From contig NC_068987.1 in the NCBI RefSeq assembly GCF_001194135.2, positions 94,513,831-94,559,143 on the forward strand: a DNA stretch of 45,313 bases, written 5' to 3'. Source of the DNA: Octopus bimaculoides (Eukaryota). Under the pieces are notes generated by a model. The model worked only from the letters and a program-made list of their open reading frames with translations, did not search any database and was not told the origin of the DNA. Positions 23,746 to 35,562 of this stretch are shown here, piece after piece (the stretch's first letter is position 1; each line of letters opens with the position of its first letter). Both the position numbers and the translations under genes were made by a program.

Positions 23746-25369
23746 CCCTACAGTTAAACTTTTATGAACGTATTGGCATTTAAGATTGATCCAGTTCATT
23801 TTAAATCATAAAGAAAATTACAATAATCGAATGGATTGGTAAAAGTAAACAGGGCACTGAATTAATGTTTTGTTGTTATTGTACTATGTCAATCTATTTC
23901 TTTATTTCAATGCATTGAATCAATCCGACCACAATTCTCCTTTGCCGTTATTTTTCTCATTAAAGTAAGGTTGGATGAATGACTCAGGCTAAAAACTAAA
24001 ATATACATTACAAACAACGTATTTCAGAGAACTCATTAAAATAAATATTTTCAAACAGATAAGTACTGTGTACACTTTCTACTTAACCTTATGCCATTGA
24101 GCAATGATACAGCATAACTAGGATTTTAAGTTTATTAAGTCATGTTTACAGTGTTAGGACAAACCACAAAAACAGATATTATATTATATCAAAGTATCAG
24201 AAGGAATTATTTCATTTGTGTATCTTAATTGCTTTAGTGGCAATGGTGGATTCATGAAAGGTAACATTTAAGTTTGCGGTTTTAGGATGGTTTAAAACAG
24301 AATTGGGACTCATAGTGGTATATTGCTACCTGCAATGAGTGAGTGGTTAAGTTTGATCTAGTAATCGAATTACTTTCAAGAACCAATAAACTTCAAATAA
24401 TTACTCTTCCTATGTATTTCCTATATAATGTGTCTAAGCCGCCGTCTTTCTGTGTTAACCTAGATGTCCGAGCGCGTGTTGAACAGCAGCTAAATCTGAA
24501 TTTTTAGATAAAATAATAAATCGTGGGACGCTTGTATTAATTTCGATTATCATCTCCCCACCCACCCCGCGTGCTAGTTGAGCTATATGTTTCGATCCTT
24601 CAAATATATAATTGGGTGCATGAAAAATAAGTAGGATTCATTTATTCAGTGAAATACATACATAACAAACCAATGGCGACTGACCAGTATAACCCACCTC
24701 CTGTGCTAAGCTGATCTATACACAGTGGTGCTCCAGATGCAGTTGTATTCTTGATTTTTAGTATAGGAGTTCGTTATTACATGCTACAGTCCTCGCACTC
24801 TCTGATCCGGCTTTCATAATCGTTATCGCTCTCATTACTATTTGTTACCTTCCAACACAACCAGCAGGAGAAGCAGCAGTAGCAACAGCATAACTAATAA
24901 CCATACTACTGCACTCCTTGTCGTCGTGTTTGGTGGTGGTGGTGGTGGTGGTGGCTGTTGTTTTGTAGTCGCTGTTGATTGGTGCAATCGTGAAATTCCG
25001 TTGACCCGCTTCTCATTCTCTGCATTGCTGATGAGAATATCGTTCTTCGCTTAAATATTTTATGGTTGTTTGAGAAAAGTGATACATCTCATTTGCAGTT
25101 GAAATATAAAAAACAAAAAAAAAAAAAGTATCTTTATTTTTACTTGGAGATTTACTTGCAGTTAAAATAATATCCGGAGAGATTTAACAAGCATTGCTGT
25201 CAGGAATGTGGTAGAAATTAATTCAAAGCCTCAATTTTCTATAAGAGAATGTAAATAATAACCACGTTAATAATCATTTGTTCGAAAGAAAAGAACATGA
25301 TCACCACATTACTTGAACTAAATATTTTCACATGGAATATTTTTTCTAGCAATCAATCAATAACAATAA

Positions 25370-25477
25370 TATCATCGTGACTTCTCGAACCACGAAAGCA
25401 TCTTTTTGTGATTCCTCTTTTGATTCCGACTGAATTGTCTTCACATCATCAATGTACTCATGAAGGAGTTTGTGACT
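25370..25477 (-). pseudogene. Ancient non-LTR reverse transcriptase remnant (YxDD region, possibly R4/Dong-like)
   Basis: SHKLLHEYIDDVKTIQSESKEESQKDAFVVREVTMI resembles 'HLLYMDD.K....SE.EL......V.E.S.DI'. YIDD at 25445-25456. Short and diverged. Confidence 0.4.
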
Positions 25478-25817
25478 TCATAGCATTCTTCCTTGATCCC
25501 TCTAGACTATCTCAAGACGTCATCTTTATATTGGAGCTGCTATTTTATTAACAAAAAAAAAAAAAAACGTATCAAATCAACGAAGAAGCCTCAGCATAGA
25601 TTGCTCAACTTGTTTGAATGGCAACAAAATGTCTTTGAAACTGGAAAAGACCAAATGTTATTAAAAAAAACAAAAAAAAAACAAGCTCATTGGATTATGA
25701 TGTCTAAGATAAACTGTGTGTAATGAAGAAAATATTATTATGTCGTCTTCTGTAATATCCTTTGTATATTTTATCCTTGCATGATTATAATAATATCCTT
25801 TGCTCATAAATTTCATT

Positions 25818-26003
25818 CGGTGGGGGAATTGACAGAAATAGTATAGCGTTCGACTGAATGCCATTAAGGTACTAAGTTTCTTCAAACCAACTATTCACTT
25901 TTTAAACCCAGCCTTTCATCCTTCTGGATCGCGATAAATAAAATACCAGTTGATTTAATCGTCCTTATCTTATAGAATTTTTGGTTGCGAGCATAAATTA
26001 GAA
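25818..26003 (+). mobile_element. Decayed SINE family B
   Basis: Head-like cggtgggggaattgacagaaatagtatagc; central gcctttcatccttctggatcgcgataaataaaataccagttg. Confidence 0.5.
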
Positions 26004-26377
26004 ATTCCTATTTTTATTTAAAAATGCGATAGATGATAAGATAGACGGATTAAATTGTTTTGTGGTCTATAATGATAGTCAGAGTTATCATTGTCCTTCC
26101 TCCTTTAAAAATCGATGAAATAAGTTGTGTGGTATGCTCCATTTAATAGATTCTTTCCTTCCCTTAAAATTCCTAACACTGTATCCGTGATAGAAATAAA
26201 TTATTTAGTATTAATACTAAAAACGATTGAAGTATAATAAAAAAGAAGTTGTAACGGTGGATTAAATTACATGAAAAGTATTTCGTCAGGGTCTAAATTG
26301 TTCCCATCTCTTGAAAACGATGGATATATACAAGAAACACGTAATTCAATACGTTGTTCCCCTCCCTTCCAGTTTGT

Positions 26378-26740
26378 GGAGGCATGGCTGTGTGGCTGAG
26401 AAGCTCGCGTTGCTACCGCATGTTTCGAGTTCAGCTCCACTGAGCGGCACCTTGGGCAAATACTTTCTATCAATGACTTCTGAGTGAATTTGGTAGGCGG
26501 AAACTGTGAAAGTCTTTTGTGTGTGTGTGTGTGTGTGTGTTTGTCTCTTACCACTACTTGACAACCGACAACCGCTGTCGACTGGTTTACGTTCTCTTGA
26601 CTTAGTGATTCGACAGAAGAAACCGACGCAATAGGTGCCCGACTCGAAAATAAATACTGGAATCGATTTGCTCGGCTCTACCCCTCAAAGCACAGTGCCC
26701 CAGTATGGCCGCAGTCCAATGACTGACACAAGCAAAAGAA
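26378..26740 (+). mobile_element. Full-length SINE family A (older, diverged copy)
   Basis: A-box-like tggctgtgtgg, B-box-like gagttcagctcc, CORE-like caccttgggcaaa, internal (TG)n, tail gtgccccagtatggccgcagtccaatgactgacacaag. Confidence 0.85.
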
Positions 26741-27311
26741 AGTGTAAAAGATATAAAATGTTTTGCCAACAAAAGCAGTCACAATGGCAACAGCTTTCGT
26801 CAGCCATGCTGGTGCTGCTGATAGTTTGTAGTAATTTGACTATTGCTGTGGTTCAGTAGCAACTTTGTACGGAAATTAATAGAGTATACGCAAATCTGGA
26901 AAGTGTCCTTCTTATCCTTGAATTATTTGGTCAACAGGAGAATTCTTAACGTAGGACTGTTGTAAAGTATTGTTTATTTCCCCCCACCCCCTTTTTTCTT
27001 CGAATTCTAAATATTATTGATAAAGAATAGTTTAACAAATATTCTGTTTTAAGTTTGATTCCTATTTTAGTTAAACTTTCTCGTCGTAAATTATTGAACA
27101 TATTTAGAAATAATGTTGTTTTTACAATTATATAAAGGCGAAGAAATTGCTTCTGCAAACAGTTCTAGTTGAGTGAAGTACAATAATGTATACATGATAT
27201 TTCATTTATTACTTATAGATAGCCTTATTACAGACACTTCATTCTCACAATCACCGCTATTCATCTTGAGCACTTTCATAGTTATCATTATTTTCATAAT
27301 GAATTATTATG

Positions 27312-27362
27312 AAGTCAACTTTTGCATTTCATCCTTTCAGTGGTTGTTGATATGAGTACCAG
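27312..27362 (+). mobile_element. Isolated central domain of SINE family B
   Basis: aagtcaacttttgcatttcatcctttcagtggttgttgatatgagtaccag. Confidence 0.5.
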
Positions 27363-28004
27363 CAGCAGCAGAACATTCTGTAAAAATATGTTGCTGTCTC
27401 GGTATATTATAATTAATAAGCAATAAATTATCGTGTCGACTGGAAGTTTCAAAATACTTTCATTTTTAATTGGATTTCGTCTGTTCTCTCTTCCGCCTGT
27501 CTGTCTGTTTGTCTCTCGGAATATCAAATATAATATGCCCATTCTTTCTTAAACAATCGACTAACTCGTTTGATTACATCTCATGATCATTTCTTCAATC
27601 CTTCTCTATCCCCTTATTCGTTCTATCAAGACATCCTCATATGCGCACACAAAGCTGTCGGGGCTAATCAACAGAATATTAACTGCACTTGTTATTGCTT
27701 CGTGACATTCACCAATATTACCACACCTCTATAACCCATACCATTCGAATATCAATAATAAAAATATCAACAAGACAAATAACAATAGCTGTGTGCTGCA
27801 ACCAACAGCAACATACGCCAAGCAAACGCCTCAATTACCACATTCCAAAAAGGAAAAACGGGTGGGTGGGTGAATCTAAACTATCGCATACTACACTATT
27901 TCAACTCATCACTAACTTTAATGAAATCTCTCGACACTACACCAGTATACCCACGCCACGCCTCTCAACTCAGCATCGTTGTCTTTCCTTATCGCACCTC
28001 TCTT

Positions 28005-28082
<78 letters not shown>

Positions 28083-28358
28083 TCCACTAAGATGAAAAGA
28101 CATTGTAAAGGTCTTTTAATATCACATACCAGCTGGAAGCAAAAAAGATTTCTTTTTAAATAACACTTTAGTTGGTTCCGTAAATCACTTCTTTCAAGAA
28201 GTATCCCAAGAACAACACTTATTACTGCCCCTGAATATGCGTATGTGTGTGTGTGTTTATATACAATTTTCAACTCAGAGAATGGAGTGAGCAATACTGT
28301 GTGTATGTATATATGTGTGTGGGATATTTTACTTTTGTTACATTACTACACACACACA

Positions 28359-28421
<63 letters not shown>

Positions 28422-28578
28422 GTATATATATATAATGTTTGTTTTTATGCCAAGTTATGCATAAAAACAATTTAATATTAAACTGAAAGATTGCTCAATA
28501 CTTTTTACTAGAGTCCATATTTATTGACGTTTGCATGAAACAGATTAATGACGATTTCGAGGGTTCGGCTTGCTCGCA

Positions 28579-28701
<123 letters not shown>

Positions 28702-28999
28702 GTAGAATGTCTCTAAGTGGCCAGGTCTGAAGTGTGATGTCCTGAGAACCGACCATATATTTTCATTCAATACTATCGTTCCCAACCATAACTTGGCATT
28801 ACATTCGCACCATAGTCAGAAAGGGCTGGCTACAGAATTTTTCTCGGTGACTCAGTCCTGCTTAGGCACTTGACCAGCGACTCTTGATCGTGGCAAGTGA
28901 ATGGTGAGTGTATGACAAATAAGGAGGGAAGGAAAAGAGTTACGAAGATAGAGAGCTGACTACAGAAAATTCCTGTCATTTTCATTATTTGCAACTTGA

Positions 29000-29720
29000 A
29001 GGAGGCTATAATAGTATATGAAGAAAGTAAGTAAAAAGGACTCGGCTAAAGTGATAGAAACGAAAGTAATGTAAAGAAAGATGAGTGAAAATGAAGAGAA
29101 AAGAGAAAAGTGGAATGAGAAAGGGAGCTACAAAGAAAAGATTGCATGAAAGGTATATGAAAATAGCGACGGGACAATATATATACATATTACGCGTGCG
29201 CGCGCACACACACACACACAAATAATAAATAGCAAGGAGATTAAGTTAAAACGATTAGAATAGATGGCGAATTGAGAAAGGAAAGAGGGAAATAACGTAA
29301 GAAAGCAAAAAGAGAATGAAACGGAAGAATGAAAAAGAAGCAATTATAAATATAGACATGAAGAATAGCGGAAAGAATTCTGGAATGAAAATAATAATAA
29401 TAAATAAATAAATCAGAATGAATACAGTATCGTGAAATATAAATTAAAAATAAAGAAAAAGTTACCCGAAAGAAATATAACGGAATCTAAGGAAAATAAC
29501 AAGAAGAAAGCGAGAAAAGCAGACTGCCACTGCTAATAGGGGGAAAGTGGAAAATTTAAAGCGAACAGAACAAAGAATGACATAAGAAGAAAAGATAGCC
29601 AGGGAAAAAAAGAAAGAATTATAGAATGGTTGAAAGAAAATATCTATAGAAATCGTAGTAAAGAATCTTGAAAATTAACAAAAAAAATAGAACTAGAATA
29701 ATTGTAAATTTAAGGTAATT
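29000..29720. repeat. Purine-rich (A/G) low-complexity tract
   Basis: Strong strand asymmetry and no protein-like ORF. Confidence 0.7.
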
Positions 29721-30084
29721 GTGAGAAAAATCTGTGTGTGTGTGTACACGCTATGTTAAAAAGACGAGCAATACTTGGGGAAGGATTTTGGTGAACGTAC
29801 AACTCCTTACTAAAACCCAAATTTCTATTGTTTTCTTGCGTTTTTGCTGTTCTCTTTCATGTGTCATTACCACATTCGCTATCACTCAGTCTAACACAGT
29901 TAACATTACCGCAATCACTGTTTTAATCATCATTATGAGCAGCAACAACGGAACAAAATAGCCAGAAGGTTTTGTGTTATTGCTTACTCGATCTTATTCT
30001 TTAGTGACTTCTTTGTTAACGATTCTGTAAAACAGAAAACCACTTTTCTATGTCAAAATTTTAGTTTCTTTGGCAATCCTGCTA

Positions 30085-30114
30085 TTCATTCAAAATACAT
30101 GTATTTTGAATGAA
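30085..30114. repeat. Perfect 30-bp palindrome
   Basis: ttcattcaaaatacatgtattttgaatgaa is its own reverse complement. Confidence 0.95.
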
Positions 30115-30119
30115 GGAAT

Positions 30120-30510
30120 GAATAACTTGCTTCCCTCACAGCTAACGTTTGAGGGTGTCAGACATCATTCGTTGCATCTGTGTGCTCCCTTTGGGACGAA
30201 TGAGGTCGATGGGCCCTAAGTTGTCTTCCGACCCCATTTACTGACAGGGTTCACTTCCCTAGCCTTCGCCTCTTCGCAGGTACTCACAGACTGTAAAGGT
30301 TTATGCTCGAAGTTGGCCTTAACTTTGTATGGCCGCCTTCCAAGACCGACCGCCATTTATCATGTCGTAGACATGACTGTGTCTTCACGTAAAAGATAGA
30401 CATTAATAGCCAAGTGATACCTCGTTGCCATCAATCCTTTCTTGTGTAGGTCTCATAACAGAACTGCAGAGTGAACTCTTCCTGATGACGGTTAGGCTGT
30501 AATCTGGACC
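30120..30510 (-). mobile_element. Unclassified GC-richer interspersed repeat, possibly an RTE 5' region
   Basis: Compositionally distinct block; resemblance to RTE 5' UTRs is from memory only. No diagnostic protein motif. Confidence 0.25.
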
Positions 30511-31270
30511 TAGTGTCTTTTTGTTTCATTTTATTTCAATTCATTAAGGTATCTTTGAAGCTCCTTTATGGTAAATGGGTCAGTTGGAATCTACAAGCTA
30601 TCTTCTACTTTTTGTCAGACGAAAAGACCATCGTTAAGTTTGGTGTTGTGCAGCTCTTGTTATTAAGTAGTAATCTAAAGAACCGGAACCAGGTATCTTA
30701 ATGTTTATCAATAGTTTCTACACCCACTAGAGAAGCTCACTTGCTTATTATTTCCTTGAAAGTTGCTAGACAGATATGACAAAAGAAACAACATAAATAT
30801 TTTGAGTTCCATTATTGATGTAAATATGTTTTTAAAAAGTGGGTATGTCCTTTATGTTTGAAGTCGATGCGGTTATCTGACGAGAGCGATTTCTTTCAAA
30901 TTGATGTAATGATTTTCATTAATCAATTAAAAAGCCGCTTGAAACGGCCGCAATGAATTGACACCTGCACATCGCTATTGCTCATTTATATTCTGTTCAC
31001 CTACCTTGGAATCTGCACTTCAGAAATATTATAGAAAGTACCTTTATAAAAGTACATGTCTGAATTACCAAGAGCGGATATCTTCACCCAGCTGGGTTAC
31101 ATTGTCTGCACACACGGCAGGAATATCAGGTACAAACACTCTTGCACGGAGTCTTGACATTCAATATTCAATCAATGATGTTTAGGTGTATGCATTATAC
31201 TGACTCAGTTTAATTCAACTGAGGCATAATTGTATATATGTATATTTACACACACACACACGCACACGCA

Positions 31271-31306
<36 letters not shown>

Positions 31307-31788
31307 TGTTATTTAGATCATTGACTGGACTCTTGCTATGCTAGAGTAACGCCTTTAATATGTTTAGTCGATCAAATGGATTCCAATTCACATTGTGAAG
31401 CATGGTAGTTTATTCTATAACTCATTTTCTTTTTCGACTCAACTGTTAAGTTACGCGACACAAACAAACTAAAACCGGTTGACAATTTGGTCAAAGACAA
31501 AAGGGTATTTAAACAATTTCCCTCCATCAGATTGATTAAGCAGACAATGGATGGCCTAGGGTTGTAGTTGGCGACACTTTCAGAGAAGATAAAAGAAAAA
31601 TGTTTGAAATGAGATGTTATCTTCACGAGTCTAACGCTACCAAGAAAAACATGCAAGAAAAAGATTTTGGGCAACCTTTCAGGTGTTGTGCAATATATGA
31701 TAATAATGCGAATCCAAACTCACAGTCTTCAGCGATATGTCATAAGCTAACGTTGTTTATATGAAATTGAATACTGCTGCTTTTATTA

Positions 31789-31807
31789 GCGCGCGCGCGC
31801 GCGCGCG
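31789..31807. repeat. Pure (GC)9G dinucleotide repeat
   Basis: Direct reading. Confidence 0.95.
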
Positions 31808-32463
31808 TAAATTGATGTTACATCTAGCTAATGTTATGAAAAGACTTCATTTGTTGTAGATTGACGTACCCATTGTTGTTGTTGTTATACGCACACACAC
31901 ACACACACACACAAACTTCGTTATTAATTTCTTGTTTTCAAGTTTTATGTTCTCTATCTTTTTGGTTTTATTTATCATTTCTTATACTCATAAATAGATG
32001 TTCCATTTTAGTAATAGATATGACGCAAAGAGTTGTGGAGAAAAATGAATGTGATTGTGTGCAGCGGGAGGAAGGGGTATTCTTTCGTTCAGGAAATTAA
32101 TGGTAAGATTAAAAATATATCAGATAAAGTATAAAAACGAATGTGGTAAATGCGAAAAGTACAAAGGCGCGAGACGGAAAGAATAAACGATTATTCATTT
32201 GAAACAGCGAGGAAGATATAGACAGGAAGAAAAGAGAAATATTGGTCGTGCTAGTGGTTTTGCAGAAACAATTAGATGAGAAATCTTGAAAGTTTTTGAA
32301 AATCATTCAAAATAACAGAAGTGGGNNNNNNNNNNNNNNNNNNNNNNNNNNNNNNNNNNNNNNNNNNNNNNNNNNNNNNNNNNNNNNNNNNNNNNNNNNN
32401 NNNNNNNNNNNNNNNNNNNNNNNNNNNNNNNNNNNNNNNNNNNNNNNNNNNNNNNNNNNNNNN

Positions 32464-32513
<50 letters not shown>

Positions 32514-33609
32514 TAAAAAAATATACGCATATCTATGTATGTATATATATGCGTGGGTGTGTGTGTGTGTGTTTATATGTACTAATTTACAAACATATAT
32601 ATATATATGTATGTATATATTTATATTTGCGTATTTATATATGTGCACATTTAAACAACTATGTATGCATGTGTTTTTGTATGTACAGTATATACACTAC
32701 GTGTGTGTGTGTGTGTGTGTGTATTCATATATATACGTATTTATATTTATGCATATGTATATATGTATACACACAAACTGACATGTTTTGCGTGTGTGTG
32801 TGTGTATAGACATGCTACGCGCACATATATGAGGGGAAAGCGGGACGTAGATGGTTGTTAGATCCTATTACCATACTTTGATTGAAAATTCTTTTCGATC
32901 AAGGCATCCACTTATACCTTTTTCTTAATATTCTTTTATTTTTATTATCTACTTATCTGCTGTCATTCTCTTGCTCGTACTGTCGTCTGTCTTGTCTATT
33001 TCCCCACTTACATACATCTATGTATATACATTATGTCTATAATATACGTTATACACACGCGTACAGAAAGAGAGAGGGAGTGAGACATAAATAATATGTA
33101 TGCATGAGAATGCACGTTAACGTCTGCGTGCCTGTGTGTACGCGTGTGCGTGTGTGCTTCATTCTTGCTGTTCAATTGCTGTTTATAGAATTGTCCACTT
33201 CATTGTCTGTGTTCAGCTTTTGTCGTCTCCGATTCATTCTATCATCTGCCCGTCTGTCTATGTCGTAAGTATGTCACACCTGGCTGCATACGTTATTGTA
33301 CAGTCATCTAGTTTTGCCTTATTTTATGGTTGAAGTCAAAGCTTTACAGTAAATCATTTTTGTCGATTTTAGCGGAAAGGCTCCAAGTTCTTTTCTTTTT
33401 TTCCCTATAACACGCAGCTATGACACCCCATATTTATAAAAAAAGAAAATGAAAAAACACGGAGCAACTCATTATGTGTATGCTAAGTGTATGTGCACAC
33501 ATACACAGCGTGTGTGTGTGTGTGTGTGTATTCGCTTTGCCACCGCACTTCGATAGCTATAACTTGGAATAAAGAACCTTGCTTAAAAAAAAATAATGAT
33601 AATAACAAA

Positions 33610-33819
33610 TATCATTTTTACTATAGGCGCAAGGCCCGGAATTTTTTGGGAGAGAGTCGATTACATCGATCCTTGTATTCAACTGGTATTTATTTTATTG
33701 ACCGTCAAATGATAAAAAAATCGACCTTGGCGAAACTTGTACTCCGAACGTAAAGACAGACGAAATGCCGTTAAGCATTTTACTCAGTGTCCAAACGATT
33801 CTGCTAGTTCTCGCCGCCT
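33610..33819 (-). mobile_element. Near-complete tRNA-derived SINE family B
   Basis: Reverse complement: aggcggcgagaactagcagaatcgtt...aatgcttaacggcatttcgtctgtctttacgttc...aaggtcgatttttttatcattt...aataaaataaataccagttgaatac..gatcgatgtaatcgac...ggccttgcgcctatagtaaaaa. Family name needs Dfam/Repbase. Confidence 0.78.
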
Positions 33820-34805
33820 CAATACGAACAACAACAATAACAACAACAATGTGTGGTATCCAGAAGATACCCGAGATTTAATGCTTACATCTTTGGCAAT
33901 GAAGTGCGTGTAGAGGGGAATTAAGCACGTGTTGTATTGCTCTTATGATTTACTTAACACTTTATTTTCACGAATATGTTCATTAAATTCTGGCTCAGTA
34001 CAAATAATTTGTCTACATCATCTATAATACAGGCTGAATGCTTCTATCGTGGATGCAAATTTGGGCAAATGATGCTTTTTGAAGAAAGGCCGTTCAGTAT
34101 TTTAAACTCTTCATGTGACTTCACAATTTCTATTTGAAGCCAAATTATAGTTTCTCTCCTCTTGTGAGGAATATTATAGGTGCGTTGTAGCAGCCAGAAG
34201 TGATGTTTTTTTTTTATTTCATAACTTCTGTATATCAGTACTTTATGTACAACTTTTGAGGTGTGTGTGTGTGTGTGCCAGTCGAACTATGAGTCTGCAG
34301 AAAGAGAGAATATGAAAAGACATACAAATATTACAAGATAAAATAGTTAATTTTTACGCGGGTTTGAACTCTCATCAATACAATGTATATTAAATCATTA
34401 TCGCTGCCTCGGAACAAATTCTGTTCTAATCTGCTAATTAGTTGGAACAGAAAATTTGTTTGAGCACACTGACTTCTTGAATATTTACAAACCCTGCCTC
34501 AAATAACGACTTTAATAGGAACATTTTCATTTTGATTATTAGGGGATGTTCTACGAGAAATTGCATATTTCCTACAGCTTCTCAAATAATAACTCTTCTA
34601 CTTCGAACGTATGAAAATAGTGATGGATATCGGATCTTAGCTTTGCGTAAACCTAATCAATATATCTGCGTCTACAGATATTAAAGAATGAGACAGAGCT
34701 GTTGAAAAATTAGTTTGGAGTTGATTTGCTTATCCGATCTTTTGCAACAGCCATTTTCTTACAGAAGACGCTGAGCATTTATTGAGTGTAAAAATGTTTG
34801 ATTAC

Positions 34806-34845
<40 letters not shown>

Positions 34846-34851
<6 letters not shown>

Positions 34852-35227
34852 CTTGTTTCAGTCATTTGACTGCGGTCATGCTGGAGCACCGCCTTTAGTC
34901 GAGCAAATCGACCCCGGGACTTATTCTTTGTAAGCCTAGTACTTATTCTATCGGTCTCTTTTGCCGAACCGCTAGGTGACGGGGACATAAACACACCAGC
35001 ATCGTCTGTCAAGCAATGCTAGGGGGACAAACACAGACACACAAACACACACATATATATACATATATACGACGGGCTTCTTTCAGTTTCCGTCTACCAA
35101 ATCCACTCACAAGGCTTTGGTCGGCCCGAGGCTATAGTAGAAGACATTTGCCCAAGATGCCACGCAGTGGGACTGAACCCGGAACCATGTGGTTGGTAAG
35201 CAAGCTACTTACCACACAGCCATTCCT
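34846..35227 (-). mobile_element. Full-length, low-divergence tRNA-derived CORE-type SINE (family A) with a long poly(A) tail (T-run ~34808-34842)
   Basis: A-box tggctgtgtggt, B-box ggttcagtccc, CORE-like cttgggcaa, internal (TA/TG)n, tail ggcggtgctccagcatgaccgcagtcaaatgactgaaacaagtaaaa. It resembles the abundant octopus SINEs (OR/Twhin-type; exact name unverified). Confidence 0.92.
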
Positions 35228-35437
35228 AAGTTTTCATTATTGCACCTACGTGACTGACTTTATTAATCTAAAATACTGATTTTACAGCTCATTTAGCTTT
35301 TCACATGCTAATTTATGGTGACATTGGCAAAAATTGGAATAATTCATTTACATTATCATATAATTGAACACTGCACTGTTTGCAAAAGTTGAGCTTTATT
35401 GAATACATGTTGGTGTGCCAAAGATTAAACTGATACC

Positions 35438-35562
35438 CACTAGCGTAGCTAGAGTGTGTGCGGCCCCCGGACCCCACAAAAAACATATTTCCTACAGCAG
35501 ACCCAAAAGTGGTGCTCCTTTAAAAGTGCTACCCCTGCCGCCCCCGCCTAGCTACGCTAGTG
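35438..35562. mobile_element. 125-bp MITE with perfect 15-bp TIRs (hAT-like)
   Basis: cactagcgtagctag (35438-35452) / ctagctacgctagtg (35548-35562). Flanks ctgatacc / ctgatatt form an 8-bp TSD with 2 mismatches. Interior is GC-rich. Confidence 0.85.

Noticed and set aside
24081-24352. TTAA-bounded segment with weak inverted ends (piggyBac-like)
   Set aside because: Inverted match is only ttaacc plus cattg; insufficient.
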